A DNA stretch of 63,062 nt, counting the filler, from Globobulimina sp. (taxonomy: Eukaryota): the NCBI GenBank assembly GCA_003354225.1. It is 52 parts of 52 records of this genome, joined end to end, with 100 filler letters (N's around TTAATTAATTAA, not from the genome) between each part and the next. Parts side by side here need not be neighbours in the genome. Positions count along the whole stretch, not along the records: positions 1 to 1,116 come from PIVH01023102.1; positions 1,217 to 2,331 come from PIVH01023103.1; positions 2,432 to 3,546 come from PIVH01023104.1; positions 3,647 to 4,761 come from PIVH01023105.1; positions 4,862 to 5,976 come from PIVH01023106.1; positions 6,077 to 7,191 come from PIVH01023107.1; positions 7,292 to 8,406 come from PIVH01023108.1; positions 8,507 to 9,621 come from PIVH01023109.1; 44 more parts are not named here. The stretch is one strand, 5' to 3'. A model generated the notes under the pieces. That model was not told where the DNA came from, did no database searches, and worked only from the letters and a program-made list of their open reading frames with translations. Shown here piece by piece: positions 1 to 12,427 of this stretch (positions within the stretch are counted from its first letter, which is position 1; the number at the start of each line of letters is the position of its first letter). Made by a program: the position numbers and the translations under genes.

Positions 1-5
1 TGGAT

Positions 6-1116
6 TTGAAATTATTTTATTGGACGCAACTGAATAAATCTTTATTAGCAACGTGTTTTCCTGGATATACGCCGCGCGATGCCTGGGGAAATAAGATGAT
101 TTTGGAAAATGCTCATATTGGCAGTCAGATTGAACTTTGTTTTTGCAGTTTTGTGCGAAAAGATTATTATAAATTTATAGCAATTCGGCCTGCGATAAAG
201 CCAGTAATCCAACCAGTTGTCAACATTTATTCTGCCACATTTTATAATCCAGCTCCCATTCAGCAACATATTCATATTCATCATCATTATGATCAACCAC
301 TGCAAATTAAAAAGACATTGCCAGACCAGAACAAGGTGGATTTGATAGAGAGTGCTATGGATATTTCGCCGCGAGCTATGCGCGAATATAAGTTAAGAAT
401 CAAACAGTTTATGGACGTGTATAACGAAACAGTTTATGGATGTCGGTCTGACAAAGTTATGATAGAATTGTCTGAGAACGTTATCGAAAACGTTAATGTT
501 TATGATGTGGCGGAAAATATCAATGCAATGCCTGAAGTGGTGAACGATGGAAACGAGAATAAAGAAAGAAATGAAGAACGAACTGACGTGAATAATATGT
601 GTATGATGAACCAATCAAATAACAATAATGGCAGCAACGCAGAAGAAATAAAAAACGAATTAAAATTCAAAGTATTGCAATTAGGCACTGATGATTGCGG
701 AGGAACGAAATTCGCAATTTTAGATTTTTGTGGTGATTTGAATGATGATGAATTGTATGACGAATTGCAGGGATACTCGACTCAAAGTATTGAGGCGTTG
801 AAGCATATCCCAATTATTTCTTGTGTTAGTTATATGACAGAGGGAAATGATGATACATTCGATGAAATTGATGGGGATATAACTGAGTATAATGAAAATA
901 AAAAAGAAGATGAAAATGTTGGTACATTGGAGGAGAAAGAAAAAGATGATTCAGAAATATTTTTAGAGAGTGATATACAAAAAGTTGAGGAGAATCAGAC
1001 TGAGGATTTTTGTGAATATTGTTATACAAATTATGTTGACAAAGCTCACGATCATAACCCGAGCGAGTGTTGGAGTGAGCAAATATTGCCAGAATGCTAT
1101 AGTTTTTCAGCACAAA
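6..1116 (+). CDS. Hypothetical acidic, Asn-rich protein fragment
   Basis: Frame open across the whole contig; D/E/N-rich; small Cys/His cluster near the end (CEYC...HDH...C); no family recognised. Confidence 0.4.
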
Positions 1117-1216
1117 NNNNNNNNNNNNNNNNNNNNNNNNNNNNNNNNNNNNNNNNNNNNTTAATTAATTAANNNNNNNNNNNNNNNNNNNNNNNNNNNN
1201 NNNNNNNNNNNNNNNN
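1117..1216. other. Artificial contig spacer (44 N + TTAATTAATTAA + 44 N); first of 51 copies, recurring every 1214-1215 bp
   Basis: Identical N-flanked linker with stop codons in all six frames; unrelated sequence on either side; contig lengths decrease along the window. Confidence 0.98.
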
Positions 1217-1564
1217 GTTAGAAATAATTTTTTTTTTTCAAGATGGGGAAGGACACAAAAGCTGTAAGAATTTAATTTAATTCCTTATAGTAAAATGATA
1301 AATACAAATCAAACAAAACGGTTTCAGAGGTATAAAACTAATAGAATCCGGTGGTTAAGCTCGAGATCTATCACATACATTTTTTTTTTTGATTTTTCTA
1401 TCATCTGAATCCTCAGTATAAAGTATAAAGTGAAATCATTTGTTTCTCTCATGTTTAGCATGCTTTTTCGTGCTTTTTGCTTTTTGGTGACATATTTTCG
1501 TGCTTTTTGCTAATTCAACCACATTTTATCTTTTCTTAAATTTTCTAAATCTTTCTTAACTTCA

Positions 1565-1921
1565 CTACATTCTGCCTCTACCCTGTCTTAAAAACCCAAT
1601 TTGTCCATTTGGAATTGATTTTGGTACTTTCCACCCAAATTCGTTTTTTAAACGTTGTAAAATATTAACAGTTTCACGTTTAATTCTTTTATTTTCATCA
1701 TTAACTAATTTTTTAACATTTGGATTTTGTTGATTCTCTAATTCCAATTTTGCCTTCTCGACACCAATATTATTTGCTTTTCGTAAAATTGTATGTACTT
1801 TATTTATTCCAAATTTAAATGTAACCCAATGTTTTTCAAATATTTTTTTACTTAATCCTCTGTTCTTATAAATATAACGGTATTTGTCAGCTTTGGTTCA
1901 ACTATTTGTTTTTCTAGCCAT
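1565..1921 (-). pseudogene. Small basic ORF interrupted by one in-frame TGA at codon 8
   Basis: ATG at 1921 reads MARKTNS*TKADKYRYIY... and continues in frame into the listed ORF 1565..1747. Confidence 0.3.
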
Positions 1922-2942
1922 TGCTTTGATGTTTAATGTGAAATGTTTTTTTTTAGTCACTTCAAATTAATACTAGTGTTTACAGTTATCATGGAAAGTA
2001 TGCAAACTATGAGTTACATCAAGGTTATGTATTTACTTAAGAATATAATATACTTTTCCTGTAGATTGGTTCGGAGGGATTAGTTTTTAGACGTTTTAGA
2101 TCTTCTAAAAACCGTCTCCATCTCCATGGTGTGCGAGGATAATCTAAAAACCGGTACAATCAAAGATATTTGGACTTTCATTGGTTTGATCGGTGTCCGA
2201 TTGAGTCAATACATCTATGACAACATCGCCCACTGCAATTTGCGTCACATCACAAACATTGTCATTTGTCATTGCCGGACATGAGCCTTCTTCCATTCCC
2301 GCCACATCCATTTGGAAGGAACCTGTTGCACNNNNNNNNNNNNNNNNNNNNNNNNNNNNNNNNNNNNNNNNNNNNTTAATTAATTAANNNNNNNNNNNNN
2401 NNNNNNNNNNNNNNNNNNNNNNNNNNNNNNNATGTTAAAACGACAAACAATGGCAAAATGATTGTTGCTCCAGAAAAATGTCTGAATCGATGGCATATGA
2501 GATTCAAAACAAAATACATAATGGATCCAAAGTTTATGAAAAGTGGATGAATTCGTTGATTTGTTCCAAACAATCACCAGTTGGCTGTTGACTATGTAAT
2601 TAAATAATTTAAATTGTAATTTTGTCGGTGCAAGGATAATTATCTAACATTTAAAAAACTTTCATATTAATTTCAAACCATTGCGTCACTAAAATTATAA
2701 AAGTAATGAACCAGCTGTTTCTATACTATATCATTTACAGTGTGTATCTACCCAAAATAATAAACACCACACATCACAAAAACACTATATGTCATTAAAA
2801 CTCAAAAGTACGCATTTGTAACTCTCAACTGACTAATCAATGGATTGAACAACGAGCACCAAGTGAAGATATATGGCGTTCAACCTCAGATTTTATCCCT
2901 ACGCCATCCCAATCATTTGGCCACCTACGATTAGGGCAAATA

Positions 2943-3546
2943 ATGAGTATGGAATTTGATTTTGTATGGCATGGCAGGACCAATAATCCGCGCACTGGGG
3001 TTTTTGAGAACTTCTTCCGTATTGGTTTTACTGCCGCCAATGGCAATAACTGTAACGGTGAGGGCAGCAGATATCCCTCATTCTGGTTAAGCGATGTTGC
3101 AAATACAATGCATGTGTCAGTCTCCGCTGACACAACTTGCCAACCACACCAATCATTATCAGCATACGGCAATATCACTGTAGAAACATCATATCATATT
3201 AAAATCGCCTTTAATAACACACACTTAGTGGTGGAGGTAAGTGGTGCTGCTAAACCATCATGGAACAAAAGCTGGACTCGAGAGCCCACTCAATCAATGT
3301 ACCTCGGACAAAATGTCTCTGTGTGGTGGATGTCAGATAACTTTGACGACCCTCCCTTCAATACAGGCAATGGAACATTTTCAAATATCACTATAATATC
3401 CAAAATATTCCCAACTAGTGCACCCACGACACATTCACCGACAGTGAGTACTATGACACCGACGTACAATCCGAGCGAAACACCCACACAAAGTCCATCA
3501 ATTACTCGTACAGTGTATCTGAGACAGACACCGTATACCAGTCCAT
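2943..3546 (+). CDS. Probable extracellular protein: beta-sandwich-like domain followed by PTxxP mucin-like repeats (fragment)
   Basis: Beta-rich region with Cys pair, then PTSAPTTHSPT...PTYNPSETPTQSP. Confidence 0.5.
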
Positions 3547-4130
3547 NNNNNNNNNNNNNNNNNNNNNNNNNNNNNNNNNNNNNNNNNNNNTTAATTAATT
3601 AANNNNNNNNNNNNNNNNNNNNNNNNNNNNNNNNNNNNNNNNNNNNATGCGTCAGGCGATCACTCATATTGCAGCAAGTATGTTGTGTTCCATTTGTACT
3701 CCGTTTGGCGTAGGTTCGCTGTGTGTATACAAACTGGTTTGTAAGGTTTGCGTCTGACTATGGCACCCTGACACTCTTTGAATAGTTCGTTTGTGTTTAG
3801 TTTCCTTCGTAGTATAGGTTAGCGAATAGTGCCCTGTATTGACAACAAAGTCTGCGCATCGTCAGCGGATGTAAGTGGACTGTCATACATCGCTCCTAAC
3901 CCTCTCCTTTCGTCTTACGGACCGGGACTGGTCTTGGTTTGGCGCATTTTTCTTTAGGTTTCACTGTGTGTATGTTTCTGATGTGTGTCTCTGTGGTTCC
4001 ATCTCTCCAATGATGGACCATCTGCGATTGGGAGTATCCTGTGAGTCTGCCACCGTTTGTATGATATTTGTGAGTGAGTTTGTGGCAAATCCCTTGCCGT
4101 AGCAACCAGTCATAGTTTTAGCATATTTCT

Positions 4131-4761
4131 GTGTTAAAAGATCAAATCTTGAATCAAAAACGTGCCAAATCCGATGGATTGCTGATCGCAAAAGCAGCGG
4201 ATATCAAGTTGGCGTTGGATGAATGCGTGCATTTATTATTGGATGGGTTTGGTTGTGTTTTTACTCTGATTAAGTATACGTGGTACATGTATTGGCAGTT
4301 TTATCTACGATTTGGGCAATCCGTCAAAGCCGCGCTCAGAGCTTTTATGGCAAAGAAATCCAACTTTCATTTATTTTGGACTACGTTCACGGAGCGTGCC
4401 TTCGACACTTTATATCAGAAAGCCACAGCGCATCGGTTTGCGGGATTAGTTGGATTCATTACGCGACATTTGAAGGATTTACGGGTGCTCATCAATACCA
4501 ATGTGGTGCCATTAATCAATGACAAGAATGTATCGCCACCTATATTTTGGCAGAAGATTGGCATACTTTTCAGTGTCAATCGCTTTCGTTTTCATAGTTC
4601 CGAGCACAGATTATGTTGGAAAGGCGCCGGTTTTGCGCATGAATGGGCTCAAATGAGCAAATCAGAAAGTAAGTTATTGCAGGTCATCCAAAATGTGCCT
4701 GAAGAATGTTTATATTCGTTCAAGCAAACTATCAGAACCAATACCGTCTCAGTCCCGGCAA
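4131..4761 (+). CDS. Hypothetical protein fragment
   Basis: About 210 open codons running to contig end; no motif recognised. Confidence 0.3.
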
Positions 4762-5080
4762 NNNNNNNNNNNNNNNNNNNNNNNNNNNNNNNNNNNNNNN
4801 NNNNNTTAATTAATTAANNNNNNNNNNNNNNNNNNNNNNNNNNNNNNNNNNNNNNNNNNNNAAAACACCAATCAATGACTCGAAAGAAATACGAAAACAA
4901 TGTCAAAAGAAAAAAAAAAGCATCAAACTACACTTAAAAACATAATTATAACAAATGAAACATACTAAAAACGAAATCTATCTTTAAAAATAAAAAATAA
5001 TTGATCAATAAAACAAAAATCGGATATACACCACGAAAGTGACAAAAACGCGTCCACAAAATACGTAAAACTTTAACAAT

Positions 5081-5937
5081 TCAATTCCATCCCCAATCAT
5101 CCCCATCATCCTTCTCCTTATTCACGCCATGACTTCCTAACAAATCCAACATATCATTCCCTTCTTTTTTCTTATCATTCTCCACTTTTTCCTTCTCCAT
5201 ATCATCAAAAAACGCATCCAAATCATCACTTGAATTGCCATCCTTTTCTATTTCTTTTTTCTTATCCATTTTATTAATATTTTCATTAAAATCCAACAAA
5301 GAGTCCATATTATTCTCCTCCACGCCGGCAATCGCCTGCATTATATCCACCGGTTCCACATCAGATTTTTTTCTTTTTTTCTCAATGCCTTCCTCACCAA
5401 AGCCCCAATCATCAAAATCATCACTGTCACTCGGCTTTGTTGGCGGTGTATTCTTTGGAAATGGTGGTGCCACCTTATCCACATCGCACTTTTTCTGACT
5501 TTCATCAATTTTCGCATTGCTATCCATGCCCAAAATATCTTCGTTTATATGTTGGGACTGTGGCTGTTTCGGATTGTCGTTCTGGTGCTGGTTTGTGCTG
5601 CTTCCATATGAAGTTTTGCTGAAATATTGATCCGATGATAAAGCTGCCATTTTTTTCCTGTTATTGTTCTGAATGTCTTTGTTATAGAATGCGGGCGGAT
5701 TGTTATCATTGCTTTTATTTTCATTGAATGCTTCATTCACAACATTTGTCATCGACGTTGCAGCCGTACTCCACCACGACGACAATGTGGTGGTGGTTTT
5801 GCTCCATGTTTCTGCTGCATTTTTCTTCAAATTTGCCTGATACTCTTCATCCTCCAGTTTTGTTTTGAGATTGGCCGCTTTCTCCGAGGCCTTACTGCTC
5901 AAATTCACTGCGGCGGTCTTGGATTTTGAGGCAAAAT
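5081..5937 (-). CDS. Last exon of an ArfGAP-like trafficking protein
   Basis: Amphipathic WSKTTTTLSSWWST segment, ALSSDQYF (resembles the ISSxxxFG Glo3 motif), acidic DDWG motifs; candidate acceptor TAG at 5940-5938; GAP domain itself not in the contig. Confidence 0.5.
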
Positions 5938-6077
5938 CTAAAAGAACATATTATAAGTTTGCTATCAAACATTTTTNNNNNNNNNNNNNNNNNNNNNNNN
6001 NNNNNNNNNNNNNNNNNNNNTTAATTAATTAANNNNNNNNNNNNNNNNNNNNNNNNNNNNNNNNNNNNNNNNNNNNT

Positions 6078-6815
6078 AAATTTTTCGATGCCAGCTATGT
6101 GGTTCCTATTTTCCAGGTGATGTTGATTTTGGGTGCAGCGCTGATTGGAGCTCTATTCTTTGGCGAATTTGCTTCATTGTCTGTCATGGAGTTGACACTA
6201 TTTATCGTTGCGATTTTCATTACGGTTTTGGGTGTGGCAGTGTTAGCTTTTCAACTCGGTGCTGTATACAAAAAAATGTTGCAGAAAATAGATGAAAAAA
6301 CAGGGTCAACGTTCTCTGTTTCTGAGAAAGAGAAACAAATGTCTTTGAGAAGCAAGGCGAGGAAAAGTTTTTCAAAAAAATCTCACAGACAAACTAGATT
6401 GAACATGCCTGTATTCTATGACACTGCGGCAGCTGTCAACTATGCCAGGGAATGCACGTTCAGATCAAAGAGGAACGTGTTGGATGTAAAGCATTTTTAT
6501 GATCCAAATGATAGCCCGTACACTGGAATGGATTCGCAAAACGATTTTCCGGATACAAAAACGGTTAGACTGGATTTGCAGAGTCTTGCTGAAATCGAAG
6601 AAGATGAACACGAAAGCGTATCAATGGATATTTTAAAGGATGCATTAGAATCGAAAGAAAAAGTAAATGAAAAAAAATCAAACCATTATAGCCAAATATC
6701 TCATTCTGAGAGTACTGTGATTGGAAATTTGAAGGAGTTTCAACGTCTAAAAAGTATGTCCGTTGAAGAAGAATGTGAAAAAGAGAAAAATGAGAATCAT
6801 GACTCAATCAAATAA
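6078..6815 (+). CDS. NIPA-family (DMT superfamily) Mg2+ transporter, last two TM helices and cytoplasmic tail
   Basis: KFFDASYVVPIFQVMLILGAALIGALFFGEF followed by a final TM helix, matching the NIPA C-terminal pattern. Confidence 0.7.
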   Translation, partial: KFFDASYVVPIFQVMLILGAALIGALFFGEFASLSVMELTLFIVAIFITVLGVAVLAFQLGAVYKKMLQKIDEKTGSTFSVSEKEKQMSLRSKARKSFSKKSHRQTRLNMPVFYDTAAAVNYARECTFRSKRNVLDVKHFYDPNDSPYTGMDSQNDFPDTKTVRLDLQSLAEIEEDEHESVSMDILKDALESKEKVNEKKSNHYSQISHSESTVIGNLKEFQRLKSMSVEEECEKEKNENHDSIK

Positions 6816-7291
6816 ATATTTTTTTATATTATTATTATGTATATAATTATTGTTGTATTTATTTATTTTTGTATTTATCTCCATGTTTTCTTATCATCTC
6901 CATATTAGCACGAAATATGTTTTCATTTTGTAATATGGAGACGACGATAGAAACATTCTGACGCTAAACGTTCACCGCAACATATACAATTCTCATTATT
7001 GATAACTAAAACATGTCTAAGTTTACGCTTGAATAAGATCTTAAATTCTGGATTACTGAAAATAACGCCAATTCCAGTGATCATCGGCGCGTTTAAATAG
7101 GCATTTGCATTGCGGTTCAACTGGAAAAAAAGGCTGCTTTATCTTTACCTCTTTTTGATGCAATTAACCCATTCAATTGTTGCGATTGTATNNNNNNNNN
7201 NNNNNNNNNNNNNNNNNNNNNNNNNNNNNNNNNNNTTAATTAATTAANNNNNNNNNNNNNNNNNNNNNNNNNNNNNNNNNNNNNNNNNNNN

Positions 7292-7726
7292 GGATCATCG
7301 GGATTTGGTACTTGCAATAAAACCGCAAGGGACAATAATATTTTTTCAACGGTTAAAGCCGGCGAATAATTATCTTTTAATGTATCCAAAACATTGATTG
7401 TTTGCATCAACAATTGGTTCGCCACCGAATGGAATATATAAACCATTATCATTATTACTGCAATTATCCCAAACAAAAAAACCACATGGTTTCATATTCA
7501 CAATTTGCGAATCACATAGAAATTGATAAAAATGTGCTGAATAATCACTCTCATTTAATATTTCATAATAAATCAACCCATTTGCTTTCTGCCTACATTC
7601 ATCACTCTCATTATCCGTTTCGTTTGTTTTAAAAATATCAAAATCAATCAATGGTTTGGATGTATCATCGTTTTGTTTGTTTGTTTGTGTTGGTGGCACT
7701 GAGCGTTGTTTGTTTTCTTTTGACAT
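7292..7726 (-). pseudogene. Ubiquitin-conjugating (E2) domain gene, frameshifted next to the catalytic Cys
   Basis: LDTLKDNYSPALTVEKILLSLAVLLQVPNPDD matches the E2 consensus CLDILKDxWSPALTxxKVLLS...PNPDDP; removing one base from the run at 7388-7391 joins the upstream frame as ...NNQC-LDTLK. Confidence 0.7.
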
Positions 7727-8506
7727 CGCGTATTTTACCTGTTCACGAAAAAGAAAACTTTGAGATCGGACGGAAAATCTCAGATTTTAGACGACAAATT
7801 TAATTGTATTGATTTGTAACATATACATTATGCAAATAATGTTATATTAGATTATATGCATTCATTGCGTTGTGGATGTGATAGCATTCAAACAATAATT
7901 ATGCTGTATTTAGGCTGTGAGTATAATTATTGCCATTCACATGTTGACGTTGTGAATAAATATGTTGTCATTTGTCTCCGTTATTTTATGTCTGCGCAAT
8001 ATGTTTTGTATACATTAATGTGTAATTTATCTTATTTTTCAGTTCCAACCGATATGCTGAAAAATGCTGTTTTTTTTTTTCATTTTCAAACTATAGACAC
8101 CTGTCAGAGTTACGATTGATTGTTTCGTAGCAATCATAGCTCTGAGTTGCGGTCGAAAATGTCGTGGATGGTATCAGCGAATGATTTGTTGAATGCGAAT
8201 ATGCGTTGCAGCGTGATATATTTCTCTTGCATACGTATTTTGAAAATTGTATGTCAGTTAATCAGAGCCTACAAAAGTTAATTAGTCACTATGCGACTAT
8301 AGAATTTATGCAAAGTGAATATCGATATGTATACAAAAACTATACTGTAGAAAATAAGGGTCATTCTATTACAATTTTAGCAATCCACTCATCAAAAACA
8401 TTGGCANNNNNNNNNNNNNNNNNNNNNNNNNNNNNNNNNNNNNNNNNNNNTTAATTAATTAANNNNNNNNNNNNNNNNNNNNNNNNNNNNNNNNNNNNNN
8501 NNNNNN

Positions 8507-8538
8507 CCTGACCCAAACCTGACCCGTGCCCATGTATG
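8507..8538 (-). mobile_element. Candidate hAT-type transposon/MITE terminus at contig end
   Basis: Minus strand CATACATGGGCACGGGTCAGGTTTGGGTCAGG: hAT-like terminal CAnnnATGGGC followed by GGGTC subterminal repeats; other end absent. Confidence 0.35.
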
Positions 8539-9209
8539 ATTATAAATATAAATGACTATACAAAATGAAAAGGAAAAACAAATTTCTATTGAAAAGACAC
8601 GACTCTTTCATTGGAGCAACTTACTTCGATATGTAATCTATAGTTTCAAGAATTGGCCCTTTGAATGCTTGTGTTTTATGACCTCCAAAAGCTGTGTTTC
8701 CGGAAATGATGAACAATATTTCCCTTTTCTTGTTGAGAACTTGTTGAATCGAAAACATGGAAAATAGTAATAAAAAACAACATACATTGCGCATATTGAA
8801 CGTATTCTATTGGAGCTATGTATTAGGCGTCGGAATCGAGAAGAGTGAGGGCGAAGCTGGTTATAAATTCATATTTTTGTTGCTTTTACGTCATAAGACT
8901 AGACTCAATTTAACCATACGCGATCATTTTTCAAAACAGAAAAGGCCAATAAGTAAACATTTTCTTTCGGTTTTTATATCAACAAGCTCGTTCTTACGTG
9001 AGGGATATTATACGGATTAGCATAAGTAAAAAAAACAAGACTGATAAAAAAGTTTTTAATGCACGAAAGAAATTTAAACTTTAATAAATCAACAATTTAT
9101 GTACCTTACAAAATTCGGTCAAGTTTTTCATCGGCCATGACTAATCCATGCACCAGCCGCCAACCAACACATAGGAAAATAAGCTATGCCTAGGAAAAAC
9201 TTGGCCATC

Positions 9210-9618
9210 CACAGTGGGCGAGCAAAGTGTGAACAGAGGTTAGTATTATTTGCTTGCTTAGTGACAAAAATAATAATATATGATATTTAGCATAGTTTTT
9301 CTGTCGATTCTATTGTGGTCGTGTTTGAAATGGTAGAAAAACAACGTTTGCAAACATTTTTTGTCTTCGACCAGAGACAAGTGCCACATGCCATATAATT
9401 TGATCGTTCACAAACCATCGAACACGACAACAAAGCAATCTGCCCTTTCGTAGACTCCGGAGACATTTTAAAATTGGAAAAATTGAAATTTCCAAAAACC
9501 TACTTTTTCACTTTTAATAGTCTGAAATGGAGATTTTGCCGAAAACTACCTTATTTTAACCTATTACCCGCTTATAGCAGTGGTGCTACCCCTAAAAAGT
9601 CCTGATTTTGGCACTGTG
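9210..9618. mobile_element. Candidate non-autonomous Transib/Chapaev-like element with CACAGTG termini
   Basis: Begins CACAGTG (9210) and ends CACTGTG (9618); left flank CCATC, right flank CCA then contig end; non-coding interior. Confidence 0.45.
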
Positions 9619-10113
9619 CCANNNNNNNNNNNNNNNNNNNNNNNNNNNNNNNNNNNNNNNNNNNNTTAATTAATTAANNNNNNNNNNNNNNNNNNNNNNN
9701 NNNNNNNNNNNNNNNNNNNNNACATCAAATAATATGATATTATCGTATTATCCACAAAATTGGTGAAGTACCATTTTGGTATTTCACCATCGGTTCATTT
9801 GATGTAAAAAATCCGACATTTGCATGTGTAATATGGTTCACCTTCGCCAATTATGGCGTACTCCACTACAACCTTAATTATTCCATGTCCGTTATCTCCA
9901 GTATACTGTATACAATTAAAGTTGTTTGGCATGTTTGGTACTGTTTTTTTTTAAGCTCGCATAACATTAAAAAACTAATCATGACAAGGTTAAGATAAAT
10001 GAAACATGGCAATATAGCCATAAAAACTATCATTTTCTAATAATGCATAAGAAAAACAATGGTATGTTGATTTAATTTTTAATTTTCGTAATTATGCCAT
10101 TTTGAATTAATTT

Positions 10114-10836
10114 ATGTCAAAAGAATTGGTAAACAAAACGTCGTCATTTTGGAAATTTTTGGACGATTTGGCAGCGACTGATCCAGCAACTTATGCAGAT
10201 TTTATGTATAAGCACAAAAAGAGTCAACCAAAAATGATAAACAATGCAAGTAATTACAATGTAAATAATGCTCCTTTATTTGGGGAATTCGATAAATGTT
10301 ATTTTACACCAATTCCTTTTATGGTGATTAAAACAAAGATATCTGAAACAAAAAATATTGTCGAGACGCTATTAAACGTCAATGATTACCGAAATACAAT
10401 GAAAAAGGGACAAAAATTATACGTTAATTTGCTTGAATCACCTTATTGTAAGCCATTGCAATCGAAATCTAATAGCAAAATATCGCAAAAAACGCCAATT
10501 TCTGATATTTTAATTCCTATTCAAGTCTCTAAATTAATTAATGAGGATCGAGATGATAAATGTTGGCGATCTGATGTTGTTTATCATAATTCTGTCTATC
10601 AACACTTTAATAACAATAACAATAATTATAATAATAATAAATGCCAATTTTTTAAGAAATGGATCATTGAGTTCGCTTTGAGACAAATTGAAGCTCAAAA
10701 TTCATTGAAATTGCTCCGAGATTATAAAATATTAAAAACGAAAAAATTTATTGGAAAAACGCCACCAAATCCACATTTTTGCCAACATAAATTTAAAAAC
10801 CAAAATACAATTAATATTGAAAAGAAATGTGAAGGA
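10114..10836 (+). CDS. PIH1-domain co-chaperone (PIH1D2-like), N-terminal part
   Basis: FWKFLDDLAATDPATYADF, TPIPFMVIKTK, KLYVNL, IPIQVS, DVVYH, IEFALRQIE follow the PIH1 motif order. Confidence 0.75.
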
Positions 10837-10937
10837 NNNNNNNNNNNNNNNNNNNNNNNNNNNNNNNNNNNNNNNNNNNNTTAATTAATTAANNNNNNNN
10901 NNNNNNNNNNNNNNNNNNNNNNNNNNNNNNNNNNNNG

Positions 10938-12051
10938 GTCCATACCGACCATAAGAACTTAGAGGAGCTCTTTAACAGAGCCAAGAACTTTCGCGCCGGA
11001 AAACTATATCGATGGGCCGTACGTTTACAGGAATACGATTTTACAGCGGTCTATGTACCTGGTTATGAGAATATTATTGCGGACTATTTTTCCCGCAATT
11101 GATTATATAGAGAACATACCAAAAATGGCGTGATCATCAATGAGAGCCGCGAACGGCGCAAAATCGCAACTCATGATATCACCGCCATGTATTTAGCTCA
11201 TTTACATACACAAATAATTGATGGCGACCCCGTCGGCGATGATGGCTATGATTCGGACGAGACAATGATTGATATCGAGCCATCCCACACTAACTCCTCT
11301 TTACCACGACGCCGACATAAAACATGCATACATAATAAATCCGGAACACATACAATTCCCGGAACACAGCAATTTGAACCACTACGATTTGGCGATTACG
11401 CAAATTCGCACATAAAATATCGATATTCGCGGAATGACTCAAAATCGCCTAATTTGAGTATTAATTTGCATCAACATCGCCATCATTCGCATACTCATCA
11501 AATCGCATTTAATGAGTTTCTTAATGGTATAATACGGCCATCGCCGCCACCGCCATCATCGAGCGCCAATTCACGCAATGTAAACAATGGCAATTCGCGC
11601 CATTTGAACCACGATAATGATGACCACGAATTAATTCATCATCGCGATCTAACTCGATATTCGGATTGCGACCCAATCGATCATCACAACCGAACGCATT
11701 TGCGCATTAATAATGAATATGCTGACGCGATCGATTCAATTTCCTGCAATTTGCGACTCGATGGCGGATCGCATCATGCCCCGATGGACTGTGATGACTA
11801 CGATCAATCTGTACAATTTGCAACAGATTTAGACGTATCAATGGACGATGCGATTGGTTTAAGGCCACCAACACCACGACGCCATGATAAAGAGGAGAGG
11901 GAAGAAGAAGAGAGCTGTGAGTTTCTAGATAATTTGTTACGAAAACTTCAAGAGTGGCGACTCGTTGGCACCAACAAAAATAAAAATAAACAGAAACAAA
12001 AACATAACACAAAGAAACCACAGATACCAAAAACAAAAATAAAACACAACA
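10938..12051 (+). mobile_element. Ty3/gypsy-type Pol fragment: RNase H C-terminus, in-frame TGA, then a long His/Asp-rich frame
   Basis: VHTDHKNL...RWAVRLQEYDFTAVYVPGYENIIADYFSR is the gypsy RNase H signature; TGA at 11100-11102; same frame continues as ORF 11130+. Confidence 0.8.
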
Positions 12052-12151
12052 NNNNNNNNNNNNNNNNNNNNNNNNNNNNNNNNNNNNNNNNNNNNTTAAT
12101 TAATTAANNNNNNNNNNNNNNNNNNNNNNNNNNNNNNNNNNNNNNNNNNNN

Positions 12152-12427
12152 ACCCGTCTCCATACAAAATTCAACCGCCTTTTTGTCCACCGGCTTGGGA
12201 TTTTTGGGATACCACCTGAAATTCCCATACGTATTGCTCGCCTCATCCAGATCCTGCAGCTTCTCAACCATCTCAAGCGCCCGCTCAATATCTTCACCCG
12301 AACCGTTGTTCAAAACCCCTTCCATCACAAACATACCCATAATGTGTGTTTCAACCCGCTGCAATGCGTCAAATTCTTTCATGTTTTGTCGTCCCAAATT
12401 CGGCACATCCGTCTTGTGTTGATCCAT
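12152..12427 (-). CDS. Bacterial-looking hypothetical protein fragment joined to AT-rich DNA
   Basis: GC step at about 12427; LQDLDEASNTYGNFRWY...AVEFC resembles bacterial hypothetical proteins I recall, not verified. Confidence 0.4.

Noticed and set aside
688-715. Hammerhead ribozyme core (CTGATGA...CGAAA)
   Set aside because: Stem II pairs poorly, flanking stems are not evident, and it lies within a long coding frame.
1898-11102. TGA reassigned to a sense codon (in-frame TGA at 1900-1898 and 11100-11102)
   Set aside because: TGA ends genes at their natural termini elsewhere (after CAAX at 45132, after DDWGWN at 5081) and TGG is used for Trp.
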